Shown piece by piece: positions 1 through 10,297 of a stretch of 64,000 nt of DNA. The first letter of the stretch is position 1; each line of letters begins with the position of its first letter. The position numbers and the translations under genes were made by a program. The notes beneath the pieces are model-generated. The model did not search any database. It had not been told where the DNA came from and saw only the letters and a list, made by a program, of their open reading frames with translations. The DNA is taken from positions 49,416 to 113,415 of the forward strand of contig JAADJD010000062.1 of assembly GCA_013150955.1 (NCBI GenBank). Reading direction: 5' to 3'. This DNA comes from Calditrichota bacterium (GTDB lineage Bacteria; Calditrichota; Calditrichia; RBG-13-44-9; J042).

Positions 1-528
1 CAGTTTCCCAAAAAGATTCCCCGCGTGGCCTGCATGGGCGATCACGACTTCTGGTTTGCGCCCCGGAGCATCCCGAAGGGACTGCGTGCCTGCGGGTGGC
101 ACTTTTTAAACGATGCTCATCATATCTTCCGCTGGAAGGGAGCTCGAATTCTGGTCACGGGCGTCACCAATATTTACAGCCGCCCCATTCCCCGGAAAGC
201 CGCCCGGACGTTATTCCGCGCGGCACCCGCTGCCGATCTAAAGATCCTGCTGGTTCACCAGCCCAGTGAATCCCTCATCGAATTGGCCCGAAAATTTGGT
301 TACCATCTGGTAGTGGCGGGTCACACCCACGGTGGCCAGATTCTCTTCCGTCCGTTCGGCATCCCATTGACCCCCACCCAGTACGAAAACCGATTCTACT
401 CCGGCGCATATCAACTTGGCTCCCTGCATGTGGTGGTCACCAACGGCATTGGACTGACATTTGCCCCGGTACGGTACCAGGCACCTGCCGAAATTTCCAT
501 CATTAAACTGCAAACCCAATCGGATTAA
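1..528 (+). CDS. calcineurin-like metallophosphoesterase, C-terminal portion; the 5' end lies outside the window
   Basis: The reading frame is open from position 1. It carries a GHTHGGQI-type motif (LVVAGHTHGGQI) typical of metallophosphoesterases. The stop is at 526-528. Confidence 0.6.
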   Translation, partial: QFPKKIPRVACMGDHDFWFAPRSIPKGLRACGWHFLNDAHHIFRWKGARILVTGVTNIYSRPIPRKAARTLFRAAPAADLKILLVHQPSESLIELARKFGYHLVVAGHTHGGQILFRPFGIPLTPTQYENRFYSGAYQLGSLHVVVTNGIGLTFAPVRYQAPAEISIIKLQTQSD

Positions 529-544
529 CAGGGGAGACCTGACG

Positions 545-1045
545 ATGAGTGAGCTGCTTTATTTAAGCTGGGATGAATATTTCATGGGAATCGCCATCTT
601 CACATCCCTGCGTTCCAAAGATCCAAACAGCAAAGTGGGGGCGGTCATCGTAAACCCGGAAAACCATATTGTGGGAACCGGATACAATGGCTTTGTGGCC
701 GGCGCCGATGAATCCCTGTTCAGCTGGGCACGTGAGGGGGAATGGCTGGCAACCAAATACCCTTACGTGGTGCACGCAGAGGCCAATGCCATCCTGAATT
801 CGACCACCAGCGATTTGCGCGGATGCCGCATTTACACCACCCTGTTCCCCTGCAACGAATGCGCCAAAAAAATTGCTCAGAAAAAAATGGCCGAGGTCAT
901 TTACCTGTCCGATAAATATCGCGGCGAAGATTTTCACCAGGCCTCGGAACTAATTTTTAAGGCCTGCGGAATCCAGACCCGAAAACTGCACATGCCTTCC
1001 CTTCATGAAATTTTAAAAAAGTTCGAAAATTATATCCCATTATGA
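545..1045 (+). CDS. comEB: dCMP (deoxycytidylate) deaminase, ComEB-like
   Basis: HAEANAI and PCNECAKKI zinc-binding motifs of the cytidine/dCMP deaminase fold. ATG at 545 follows the GGGGAG RBS; the ORF-track start at 461 is an upstream over-extension. Confidence 0.8.
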   Translation: MSELLYLSWDEYFMGIAIFTSLRSKDPNSKVGAVIVNPENHIVGTGYNGFVAGADESLFSWAREGEWLATKYPYVVHAEANAILNSTTSDLRGCRIYTTLFPCNECAKKIAQKKMAEVIYLSDKYRGEDFHQASELIFKACGIQTRKLHMPSLHEILKKFENYIPL

Positions 1046-1305
1046 AAGCAGAAGCGGAACTTTTAATGGCGAAAAACTAATAATCCCTGTTGGAACACGA
1101 AAGGGAAATGAGAGAACGGTCACTATCAGAACGGAAAAGAACAAAACATATCCGCTTACGCCATACGCGATGAACGAAACGGTGACCACAGCGATGCTCC
1201 AGAGCGGACCGATCCAATGTGGATTCCCAGTTCGGGCACCGGAATTCGGCTTGCAACCCGTCGTTTGTCCACTTAAATTGTGAGCCCCTAACAAACAAGG
1301 TGAAT

Positions 1306-3732
1306 ATGTTAAAATCCTGGTGGGAAAAATTTGTTGAATTCTTAAAAACGCGGGAAGTCCTCCACACCTCCCTGGAAGATTTTCTCATCAAAGCTACCTT
1401 TGCTGCCATTCTTATTCTGGCTATTGTCTGGTTACTCCCTTCCGAACGGCCGTTTGAATACCGCAATTTAACGGTGGGCAGCATTGCACGGGAAGAGATC
1501 ATTGCCCCGTTCACGTTTCCCATTTTAAAAACCGAAGATGAGCTGAAGGCCGAACGTCGGGAAGCCTGGTTGAGCGTGCCACGGGTATTCGAGTATCGTC
1601 CCAATGTGCCCAATAAACAGACCATTCTACTGAAGATTTTCTTCACCGAATTAAAAGACGTTTTTCAAAAGGCGGGCATTCCGGATACCATCACCACGGC
1701 TGCCCCCCCGGCTTTAGACCAGACCCTGGCCGACAGCATCCTGCAGGAAATTTTCCTGAAATATAACCTCAATCTAACCCAGGAGCTGTTAAACAAGCTG
1801 GCACTGCTGTATGCCCACCAGCGACTGGATTCGCTCCACTTCTATCTGGCAAAGGGCTTTGCCGAGGTTTACAGCCAGGGAGTGGTGGATCGGGCAAAAG
1901 ATCAGATTCCGGAACAGCAGGTCACCATCATTGAGAACGGGAAAGAACAGGTGGTGGCCACCAAGGAGGTTCTGGACGCCACCGAAGCGGCCACCCATAT
2001 TTACAATCTGCTGCAAAATGTTTACCCGGACGATGCCCCGGAAAACGAGATTGCCAGCTACCTCATCCCGGCCTTCCTGATGCCCAATCTGGTATACAAC
2101 GAAGAGCTGACCCAGGAACGCAAGGAAAAAGCCGTTCACGACGTACCCCAGACGCGAGGTTTTGTTTATAAAAACCAGCGCATTGTGGAAGAAAACGAGA
2201 TCATCACCGAAGAGATTTACCGGAAACTGCAATCGCTGGCCGTGGCGCTTCGGGAACGGGCCACGCTGACGGGAAAATGGCAGCGGGTTAAATTCTACAC
2301 CGGGAAATACCTGTTCGCCATCTTTGTGCTGCTCATCCCCACGCTGTTTCTCTTTTTCTTTCGGCGCCAGCTCATCCGGGATAATAAATTACTGGGAATG
2401 ATCACCCTGATATTCCTCATCCAGTTTGCCCTCACCTCCTTAATTGGCGATGTGCTGAAATGGCATCACTACAGCATTCCGGTAATTCTGGCGCCCATGC
2501 TGTTATCCATGCTGCTGGATGCCAGCGTGGCATTTGTGGGTACGGTCTCGCTGAGCCTGATTATGGGAGCCTATCAGGGAAATGACTACGCATTTGGATT
2601 TATGACCCTGATCGTGGGTACCATCGCCCTGTATTCGGTGCAGAAAATTCGCAACCGGGGTCAGATGTTCCGCGCCATTTTGATGATCGTCGTCAGCTAC
2701 TTTTTTGTGAACCTGACCTTTGGCATGCTGCATTTCGAATCCACCAAAAACATCCTGACCCAGTTTAGTTTCTACCTGTTGCCAAACTCCATCTTCACCC
2801 CCACGGCGGTATTCATGCTGATTGGCATTTTCGAGCGGCTGTTCGACGTGACCACCGATATTACCCTGCTGGAGCTGTCGGACATGAACCACCCGTTGCT
2901 GAAGCGCCTGTCTGTTGAGGCGCCGGGAACATTTCACCACAGCATTATCGTGGGAAACCTGGCCGAATCGGCAGCAAAAGCCATTGGCGCCAATGCCTTA
3001 CTGGCCCGGGTGGGGTGTTATTATCATGACATCGGCAAGATGCTAAAGCCGGAATATTTTGTGGAAAACCAGATGGGGGCCATGAATAAACATGAAACGC
3101 TTTCCCCCCATATGAGCACCCTGATTTTAATCAATCATGTGAAAGCGGGACTGGAACTGGCCGAACAGTACGGATTGCCCAATGCTGTTAAGCAGTTTAT
3201 TCCCGAACACCACGGCACCAGCCTGATTACCTACTTTTACCGGAAGGCACTCGAGATCAGTGATCCCAGCGAGATTAACGAAGACGATTTTCGTTATCCG
3301 GGCCCCAAGCCGCAGTCACGGGAAACGGCCATTGCCATGCTGGCGGACACGGTGGAAGCAGCCAGCCGCACCCTGCAGAACCCCACCCCCCAGCGCATAC
3401 GGGGACTGGTGAATTCCCTGGTTGAAAAGAAGATTTCCGAGGGCCAGCTGGATGAGTGCGATTTGACCCTGCGTGAAATTAAAATGATTAAGGAAGCATT
3501 CATCCACATTCTGATGGGTATCCATCACCTGCGGATCGAATATCCCGTGGAAGCTACCGCCTCGGAGACCCGTGAAAGCAAGGTGGAGGCAACGGCCACG
3601 GCCTCGGCAGCAACAACACCTCAAATTCTGAAGGCAAAAAAAGCCCGCGTGGCCAATCCCGACGGCGACAATATTCAAATTCAGGAAAATGCCAAAGCCG
3701 CCCAAAATGAGAACAAAAATCGACGTTCATAA
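1306..3732 (+). CDS. 7TM receptor with intracellular HD hydrolase domain (7TMR-HDED; PgpH/YqfF-like)
   Basis: It has an N-terminal extracytoplasmic region, about 7 hydrophobic helices, and a C-terminal HD domain (HDIGK...EHHG). The ATG at 1306 was chosen (MLKSWW). The C-terminal Ala/Thr/Gln-rich tail is low complexity. Confidence 0.8.
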   Translation: MLKSWWEKFVEFLKTREVLHTSLEDFLIKATFAAILILAIVWLLPSERPFEYRNLTVGSIAREEIIAPFTFPILKTEDELKAERREAWLSVPRVFEYRPNVPNKQTILLKIFFTELKDVFQKAGIPDTITTAAPPALDQTLADSILQEIFLKYNLNLTQELLNKLALLYAHQRLDSLHFYLAKGFAEVYSQGVVDRAKDQIPEQQVTIIENGKEQVVATKEVLDATEAATHIYNLLQNVYPDDAPENEIASYLIPAFLMPNLVYNEELTQERKEKAVHDVPQTRGFVYKNQRIVEENEIITEEIYRKLQSLAVALRERATLTGKWQRVKFYTGKYLFAIFVLLIPTLFLFFFRRQLIRDNKLLGMITLIFLIQFALTSLIGDVLKWHHYSIPVILAPMLLSMLLDASVAFVGTVSLSLIMGAYQGNDYAFGFMTLIVGTIALYSVQKIRNRGQMFRAILMIVVSYFFVNLTFGMLHFESTKNILTQFSFYLLPNSIFTPTAVFMLIGIFERLFDVTTDITLLELSDMNHPLLKRLSVEAPGTFHHSIIVGNLAESAAKAIGANALLARVGCYYHDIGKMLKPEYFVENQMGAMNKHETLSPHMSTLILINHVKAGLELAEQYGLPNAVKQFIPEHHGTSLITYFYRKALEISDPSEINEDDFRYPGPKPQSRETAIAMLADTVEAASRTLQNPTPQRIRGLVNSLVEKKISEGQLDECDLTLREIKMIKEAFIHILMGIHHLRIEYPVEATASETRESKVEATATASAATTPQILKAKKARVANPDGDNIQIQENAKAAQNENKNRRS

Positions 3733-4150
3733 CATTCATTCCCGCTACCGGATTCATCCCGAAATGGTGAAAAAACTGGTTCAATACGTGCTGAAACTGG
3801 AAAAAATGAATGCTCGCGAAATCAGCGTGGTGTTTGTGGATGACGAGTACCTGCGAAAGCTTCACCGGGAATTTTTCAATGACGATAGCTATACGGACGT
3901 GATGGCTTTCGACCTGTCGGAAAATGAAGGGCTGGAAGGGGAAATTTACGTTTCGCTGGATCGGGCTCGATATTTTGCTGGAAAATACCGGGAACCCTTC
4001 TCCCGCGAAGTCGCCCGGTTAATTATTCACGGCCTGCTGCACCTGAAGGGATACGACGATAAAACCACCGCCCAGAAGCAGGATATGCACCGGCGGGAAA
4101 ATCAACTGCTGGCAGACTTTCCCCACATCAGCAAAATACTGGACGAGTAG
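3689..4150 (+). CDS. ybeY: endoribonuclease YbeY (rRNA maturation factor)
   Basis: HGLLHLKGYDD matches the H-x3-H-x5-H metal motif. The gene follows the 7TM-HD gene as in conserved phoH-pgpH-ybeY clusters. The start may be 3707 (MRTKIDV). Confidence 0.85.
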   Translation: MPKPPKMRTKIDVHNIHSRYRIHPEMVKKLVQYVLKLEKMNAREISVVFVDDEYLRKLHREFFNDDSYTDVMAFDLSENEGLEGEIYVSLDRARYFAGKYREPFSREVARLIIHGLLHLKGYDDKTTAQKQDMHRRENQLLADFPHISKILDE

Positions 4151-4242
4151 GCCACGGGAAAGATGTGGATTTTTTTCCATTCAACGATTATATTTCTTAG
4201 TAAATGGATCAGTGAAACTAAGAGAGGAGATCATAAAAAGAG

Positions 4243-5547
4243 TTGATCAGCGAACTTATTCTCTACACAATTGTCTTCTTCATCTTACTCAGTCTCTCCG
4301 CTTTCTTTTCCGGTTCAGAAACAGCTTACTTCTCCCTGTCGCCGGCCACGGTGGATCGTTTTCGCAGTTCGCGGAAACGGGCTGAACAACGAGTAGCCAC
4401 CCTGTTAACCAATCCGCGGCAGTTGCTGATCACCATCGTTGTCGGGAACACGCTGGTAAACATCACCACCGCCTCGCTGGCGGCCATCCTGACCGAGCGC
4501 ATCTCCAGGGCCATGCAGGTCAGCCAGCACATTGGCCTCATCGTTGATGTGATTGTAGTAACCTTTGTCATACTGATTGCCAGCGAAATATTGCCCAAGG
4601 TGATTGCCGTCCGGGACGCCGAACGATACGCCCGCCTGAGCAGTCGCTTTCTTTCCTTTTTCTACTACCTGATTTTTCCCGTCAGCTATTTCCTGGCCCG
4701 ATTCACCCGATTCCTCCAGAAACGCCTGGGATTCACCGAGGACAAAACTTTCCTCTCCGAAGAGGAGCTGAAAACTCTGGTGGAAATGGGGGAAGAACAC
4801 GGGACGCTTCAAAAGGACGAGCGGGAAATGATCCACAGCATCTTCGAGTTTGGGGAAACTACAGTAAAAGAGATTATGGTTCCGCGAACAGACATGGTTT
4901 GCGTGGAGGCCAGCACCACCCTTACCGATCTTATGAAACTGGTGAAAACCAAATTGCATTCGCGCATTCCCGTCTATAAGGGGCGGATTGATAACGTCAT
5001 TGGAATACTGTATGTTAAAGACCTGCTGCCCTATCTCACCAAACGGCGCCGGGAACGGCTGGATCTGGAGAAGCTGGTTCGTCCGGCTTACTTTGTACCC
5101 GAACAAAAGAAGATCGACGAACTGTTGCGCGAGTTCCAGAAAGAACGCATCCACATGGCACTGGTGGTGGATGAGTACGGGGGCATTGCGGGACTGGTTA
5201 CCCTGGAGGACATTATTGAGGAAATCGTTGGAGAAATACAGGACGAGTACGACAAGGAAGCGCCATTGTACAAAAAAATCGATGAAAACACCTTCATCGT
5301 GGATGGCCGCATGCCGCTGGAAGAAATCAACGAGGAACTGCACCTGAATCTGCCCACAGAAGAAGGGTTCGAAACCATCAGCGGATTCATCCTGAGCAAG
5401 CTGGGAGCCCTTCCCAAAGAAAAGGAAAAAGTCGAGTACGATGGTTACGTGTTCATCGTCGAACGGGTAACCCGGAATCGCATCATCAAGGTGCGGATTG
5501 AAAAGATACAACCGGATGTGCGGGTAGAGGATGAAGTCCAGAGCTGA
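4243..5547 (+). CDS. HlyC/CorC-family protein (DUF21 membrane domain, CBS pair, CorC_HlyC C-terminal domain)
   Basis: The N-terminus has four hydrophobic helices with the GSETAY motif, followed by CBS domains and a transporter-associated C-terminus. A TTG start at 4243 sits 13 nt downstream of AGAGAGGAGA. Confidence 0.8.
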   Translation: MISELILYTIVFFILLSLSAFFSGSETAYFSLSPATVDRFRSSRKRAEQRVATLLTNPRQLLITIVVGNTLVNITTASLAAILTERISRAMQVSQHIGLIVDVIVVTFVILIASEILPKVIAVRDAERYARLSSRFLSFFYYLIFPVSYFLARFTRFLQKRLGFTEDKTFLSEEELKTLVEMGEEHGTLQKDEREMIHSIFEFGETTVKEIMVPRTDMVCVEASTTLTDLMKLVKTKLHSRIPVYKGRIDNVIGILYVKDLLPYLTKRRRERLDLEKLVRPAYFVPEQKKIDELLREFQKERIHMALVVDEYGGIAGLVTLEDIIEEIVGEIQDEYDKEAPLYKKIDENTFIVDGRMPLEEINEELHLNLPTEEGFETISGFILSKLGALPKEKEKVEYDGYVFIVERVTRNRIIKVRIEKIQPDVRVEDEVQS

Positions 5548-6922
5548 GCACGAGGTTGTACTTCGGGCCATTCCACCTGTAAAGGAATTGCTTGACCATC
5601 CCCTTTTCCAACTATTTCCGGTCTCTCGACCCTTTTTAAAACGCATCATTCAGCAGGAAATCGAACGCTTCCGCCAGCAGGTAGTTCAGCAACAGCTGGC
5701 CATCACGCCGGAATCTGTGGCCAGGCGGCTGCAGGAACAGATTACCAATCGGCTTCGTCGACTGGTATCGGCGCAACTCACGCGGGTCATCAACGCCACG
5801 GGTATCATCGCCCACACCAATCTGGGACGGGCCCCACTGGCACCGGCGGCCATCGAGGCCATCCGTCAGCTGGCGGGAGGCTATTGCAACCTGGAATTTC
5901 AGCTGGCCTCTGGAGGTCGCGGCCGCCGTGAATCCAATGTGGAAACCCTGCTCCAGCTGCTGACCGGTGCTGAAGCGGCGCTGGTAGTCAACAACAACGC
6001 GGCCGCGGTTTTGCTGGTCTTGCACGCCCTGGCCCGGCGACGCGAAGTGATTGTATCCCGCGGTGAACTGGTGGAAATCGGGGGCTCCTTTCGCCTGCCA
6101 GAAGTGCTGCAGACCAGTGGTGCCAGGCTGGTAGAAATTGGCACTACCAACAAAACCCGCCTGGATGATTACCGGAAAGCCATTGGTCCCCGCACGGCAG
6201 CCATTTTGAAAGTCCATCCCAGTAATTATCGCGTGGTGGGGTTCACCCAGTCGGTGGCGATCCAGGAACTTTCCCCGCTGTGCCGGAACCACGGCATCCC
6301 ACTGATTTACGATCTGGGCAGCGGAGCCCTGGTCGATCTGCAACAATGGCAACTCCCGGCAGAACCGGTGGCATCCCGGGCGCTGCAGGATGGCGCGGAC
6401 ATCGTCACCTTCAGCGGCGATAAGGTGCTGGGAGGCCCACAGGCCGGAATCATCATCGGCAAGAAGGCGTATCTGGATAAAATTCGCCGGCACCCGTTAA
6501 CCCGCGCCCTCCGCTGCGACAAATTGACCTACGCCGCATTGGAAGCCACCCTGCGATTGTATTTACAGCCGGAATCACTTCCACAACACCTTCCGGTCCT
6601 GCATTTGCTAACCACCCCGGTGGAACACCTGCGCCAACGGGCACAAACCATCGTCGATACGCTAACCACCCGGGCTGTCCAGGCACGCATTGTTCCCTCC
6701 ACGGCACAAATGGGCAGTGGTGCCCTGCCGCTGGAGACCATACCTTCCATTGCCGTGGAACTGACCCCGCGGAAATTCTCCGCTGCCACCATCGCCCGCA
6801 AACTGCGGCAAAACTCGCCGCCCATCATTGGCTACGTGCAGGATGAAAAAGTTTTCCTGGACATGCGCACGGTGGACGCTTCCGAACTGGCCGAGATTAT
6901 CAAAGCCATTAACCGGCTGTAG
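5531..6922 (+). CDS. selA: L-seryl-tRNA(Sec) selenium transferase (selenocysteine synthase)
   Basis: The PLP-lysine motif FSGDKVLGGPQAG is present. The protein is about 460 aa. It overlaps the preceding gene by 17 nt. Confidence 0.85.
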   Translation: MKSRAEHEVVLRAIPPVKELLDHPLFQLFPVSRPFLKRIIQQEIERFRQQVVQQQLAITPESVARRLQEQITNRLRRLVSAQLTRVINATGIIAHTNLGRAPLAPAAIEAIRQLAGGYCNLEFQLASGGRGRRESNVETLLQLLTGAEAALVVNNNAAAVLLVLHALARRREVIVSRGELVEIGGSFRLPEVLQTSGARLVEIGTTNKTRLDDYRKAIGPRTAAILKVHPSNYRVVGFTQSVAIQELSPLCRNHGIPLIYDLGSGALVDLQQWQLPAEPVASRALQDGADIVTFSGDKVLGGPQAGIIIGKKAYLDKIRRHPLTRALRCDKLTYAALEATLRLYLQPESLPQHLPVLHLLTTPVEHLRQRAQTIVDTLTTRAVQARIVPSTAQMGSGALPLETIPSIAVELTPRKFSAATIARKLRQNSPPIIGYVQDEKVFLDMRTVDASELAEIIKAINRL

Positions 6923-7029
6923 ACAATTGGACATACTCCCGGGTTTTTCCTTAGCCCGGCCTTGTCTCTCGATGCGTCCCCGAAGAAAGACCTCCTTATT
7001 TGCACCCGGAAAATGTTCGGCTTACATTT

Positions 7030-7235
7030 TTAACCCGGATTAAGCATAAACAACCTGCTACAGGGGGATTTAATATGCATTAGCCTACGAATTACACGAA
7101 TTAAAACAAATAAAAATACAAAAACACATTGGATGGCAGCCGGATTCAAATTTGTTTCGGGATTTATTCGCGATTTTGAGGGTATGGTTTGGATGCATTT
7201 GCATAATTCTTGGTTTGATGCATCACTTGGGTTAA
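7030..7235 (-). mobile_element. MITE-like TIR repeat element copy A (reverse orientation, with extra internal terminal copy)
   Basis: It starts TTAACCCGGATTAAGCAT and ends CATCACTTGGGTTAA. The core is similar to other copies. It sits between selA and selB. Confidence 0.6.
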
Positions 7236-7389
7236 CTATCCACCGATTCAAAAAAATTTCTTTCAGGTAGCTTTACGGAAACATTGTCTCTCAAAAATTT
7301 ATATTTATTTTTGCTCAATCGCGTCATTCGTGGTCCAAGGCTTGATTTGGGTTTATTTTATTTTAAGACCCGGCAACGAAGGGGTGGGA

Positions 7390-9318
7390 ATGCGGACAGG
7401 AAGACAATACGTCATCGGAACGGCCGGTCACATTGATCACGGAAAAACGGCCCTGGTAAAGGCTCTGACCGGTGTGGATACCGATCGGTTGCCGGAGGAA
7501 AAGGCGCGCGGCATTACCATTGATCTGGGATTTGCCCATTTAAACGATCGCATCACCATCATTGACGTTCCAGGACACGAGCGGTTGATAAAAAATATGG
7601 TGGCCGGCGTCAGCACCATCGATCTGGTGCTGTTTGTGGTGGCCGCCGACGATGGCCTGATGCCACAGACCCATGAACATCTGGAAATCGTTCGTTTATT
7701 AAATATTCCCCGGGGTGTTTTTGCCCTCACCAAAATCGACCTGGTCTCCCCGGAGTGGTGCGAGCTGGTGAAAAGCGAGCTGCAAAACCGCCTGAAAGGA
7801 ACCCCCTTTGAACAGGCACCCATCGTTCCCACCAGTGTGGTGACCGGGGAAGGCATCCAGACCCTGAGAGAAACCCTTTTGCAAATGCTACGAGAAATAC
7901 CGCCGCGAATGAGCCGGGACTATTTTCGAATGCCGGTGGATCGGGTGTTTACCCGCAAAGGATTTGGTACCATTGTAACCGGCACCGTGCTAAGTGGCCA
8001 GCTAACGACGGGCACCTTACTGGAGTTGCAACCTTCCGGGAAGACGGTGCGCGTGCGCGGACTGCAGACGCATGGACGGGACGTGGACTCCGTGGAAACG
8101 GGCGATCGTGCGGCGCTGAATCTGGCCGGCGTTGAGCAACAGGAGGTTAAACGTGGAATGGTGCTCATCACCCCGGACTATGCAGCACCGGCCGAATCTC
8201 TGACCGTCTACCTGCAGGTGCTTTCCGACTCCCCAATCCCCCTGAAAAGTCATCAGCGGATCCGCCTGCACATTCATACCGAAGAAGTCATGGGACGATT
8301 GGTCATCCCCGGCAACCAGGCACTGCCTCCGGGACGTTCCGCTTACATTCAGATCCGTCTGGAAAAGCCCATCCAGGCGTGCTACGGGGATCGGTTCATT
8401 GTGCGTCAGTACTCGCCCCAGGTCACCCTCGGTGGGGGCATGGTGCTCCAGGTCAATCCCCCGCGATTCCGAAAAAAGTGGGAATCCCTTTTTCTGGAAA
8501 CCGCCCGCCAGCTTCATCAGGGCACACCGGAGGAACGTATCCTGGCGTTGTTGAATCCCCTGACCGTGAAGCCGCTCTCCTTCCGGCAACTGCAGGTGGG
8601 GACGGATCTTCCCGCCGGGGAGTTGACCAGGCGGCTTCAGTCCCTCCTCTCCCGGAAGGACATTCACTCCCTTATCCTGGACGGCCACCCCCACTATTTT
8701 TCCCGGTTTCAGGCCCGGGTCATTTTACACGATTTGCAGCGAATCCTGGAAAAATACCATCACGACCACACTCTGCTCCCTGGAATGCCGCGGAAGGAGT
8801 TGCTGGCCGCCATGCCACATCGTTATCACCCGGATTTAATCGCCGCTGTTCTTGATCTGGGAATTCAGGGAAATCACATTCAGGTGGTGGGGAATCGACT
8901 GGCATTGCCAGCGCATGCGACCCGGTCGTCTGCCGACACGGAAGCCTGGCTGCAGCGCTTGCGTAACGCCATCGAATCTGCAGAGTGGCGTCCACAGCCG
9001 ATCGAATCCATTGGCCGGGAACTGGAAATTCCTCGCAAAACATTAAAGACGCTACTAACCCTGCTCATTGAGTCGGGAGAAATCTATCCCGTAAACCACA
9101 CCTATTACCTATCCCGAGATGCATACCAGAAGATGGTGCAACGGGTACGGGACTATTTTCAGAAAAAGGCACACATGCGGGTCAGCGATTTTAAAACGCT
9201 GCTGAACATCACCCGAAAACACGCCATTCCCTTGCTGGAATTTCTGGATGCCCGGGGCATTACCCGACGGGAAGGGGATGTGCGCCTGGCGGGAGACCGG
9301 CTACAGGCCGATCCCTGA
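7390..9318 (+). CDS. selB: selenocysteine-specific translation elongation factor SelB
   Basis: GTAGHIDHGKT is a P-loop, and DxPGH is present (IIDVPGHE). A long C-terminal extension of about 300 aa is consistent with the winged-helix SECIS-binding domains. ATG at 7390 follows GAAGGGGTGGG. Confidence 0.85.
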   Translation: MRTGRQYVIGTAGHIDHGKTALVKALTGVDTDRLPEEKARGITIDLGFAHLNDRITIIDVPGHERLIKNMVAGVSTIDLVLFVVAADDGLMPQTHEHLEIVRLLNIPRGVFALTKIDLVSPEWCELVKSELQNRLKGTPFEQAPIVPTSVVTGEGIQTLRETLLQMLREIPPRMSRDYFRMPVDRVFTRKGFGTIVTGTVLSGQLTTGTLLELQPSGKTVRVRGLQTHGRDVDSVETGDRAALNLAGVEQQEVKRGMVLITPDYAAPAESLTVYLQVLSDSPIPLKSHQRIRLHIHTEEVMGRLVIPGNQALPPGRSAYIQIRLEKPIQACYGDRFIVRQYSPQVTLGGGMVLQVNPPRFRKKWESLFLETARQLHQGTPEERILALLNPLTVKPLSFRQLQVGTDLPAGELTRRLQSLLSRKDIHSLILDGHPHYFSRFQARVILHDLQRILEKYHHDHTLLPGMPRKELLAAMPHRYHPDLIAAVLDLGIQGNHIQVVGNRLALPAHATRSSADTEAWLQRLRNAIESAEWRPQPIESIGRELEIPRKTLKTLLTLLIESGEIYPVNHTYYLSRDAYQKMVQRVRDYFQKKAHMRVSDFKTLLNITRKHAIPLLEFLDARGITRREGDVRLAGDRLQADP

Positions 9319-9446
9319 ATAAAAACCGGCCATTCCTCAATGCGCCCAACGGAAACCGGATTTCACGATCGCTGAAACCGACCGGGCCACCTTCCAATAT
9401 TCCTGCTCTCACTGCATCCCAAAACGGCAGTGGCAGATTCCAGGAT

Positions 9447-10076
9447 CTACTTTTTCTCTTTGGCCTTCTCTTCCTTGATGTGGAACGACTTCACGAATTC
9501 ATCGAAGCTGCTGCGCCAGTGATCCACCGTTTTCTGTGGCCCAACGGCCTTAAAAAACCAGGGGCCGTTCTTGGTTTCGGCAATCGCTGCCAGCATGGCG
9601 TAATCGGGCAATTCCTCCACCGGCCCGCCCATCATCATCATGGGATTTTTCGGCCGAATGTAAGTGCCGGTGACGTACACCAGCGTAACGGGAATGCCAT
9701 TAATGATGCGGTAAGATTTCTGCACGTGATAAAGCGTACTGGTGCTGTCTGGCTGCTTGAATTGCCCATACCAGCGGGTCAGATTGGCTTCTACCGAACC
9801 GCCGGTACCGGGGAAGAAAAAGACGGCCAGAACCGCATCATCCGCCCCTTCGTAACCCGGCCAGCGAAACTGTGCCAGCCGCATCTTGCTGCGGGGTGTT
9901 TCGGACACCCAACCTTTGGGCACCGTGTAGGCCACCTCTCCGTCCGGCAGCACCCGATCTTTCTTCTTCTGAAACACGGCATGGGGGGAAACCGCACCCT
10001 GCTGTCCATGGGCTTCGGGGAATGGAAAAATAAAAAAACTCATCCATAAAAGACCAAACCACAGGTTTCGCAACAT
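9447..10076 (-). CDS. hypothetical secreted protein
   Basis: MLRNLWFGLLWMSFFIFPFPEAHG reads as a signal peptide. A GGGAGA RBS lies 7 nt upstream of ATG 10074-10076. No recognised domain. Confidence 0.5.
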   Translation of the reverse strand: MLRNLWFGLLWMSFFIFPFPEAHGQQGAVSPHAVFQKKKDRVLPDGEVAYTVPKGWVSETPRSKMRLAQFRWPGYEGADDAVLAVFFFPGTGGSVEANLTRWYGQFKQPDSTSTLYHVQKSYRIINGIPVTLVYVTGTYIRPKNPMMMMGGPVEELPDYAMLAAIAETKNGPWFFKAVGPQKTVDHWRSSFDEFVKSFHIKEEKAKEKK

Positions 10077-10297
10077 ATTTTTTCTCCCAGATGGTTTTTT
10101 TATGGTAGGGCCCAAATGGCCACTTTCCTTTTTCTTTTGTCTACTAAATTATACGAACAATTCCATTCCCTCACAATCGGGAAAAATTCTTTATTTCAAT
10201 GAATTCTCTTTTAGTCTCATTTAATAATGAAGGGATTTATATTTGGCATTTGCTACGCCATAACCCATCATTAACTTTTTGTGTAAAGGAGGCGGAT

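Noticed and set aside
1077-1646. 189 aa minus-strand ORF overlapping the start of the 7TM-HD gene
   Set aside because: It is antisense to the conserved N-terminus of the 7TM-HD protein and the dCMP deaminase 3' region. Its Arg/Ser-rich translation has no motif.
4405-5649. 414 aa minus-strand ORF. Similar long antisense ORFs occur at 5636-6493, 8017-8694, 23691-24773, 28955-29530, 37588-38151, 39612-40232, 41523-42065, 43765-44433, 48509-49390, 51265-52377, 60710-61303 and 62267-62944.
   Set aside because: All lie antisense to genes with clear family signatures, and their translations are low complexity. They are shadow ORFs of GC-rich coding sequence.
6923-7029. Possible selC (tRNA-Sec) between selA and selB or after selB (9319-9446)
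   Set aside because: No GGAAG...acceptor-stem/T-loop (GGTTCGA-like) pattern and no cloverleaf were recognisable by eye. Only a weak 5 bp hairpin is present at 6944-6965. A tRNAscan run would be definitive.
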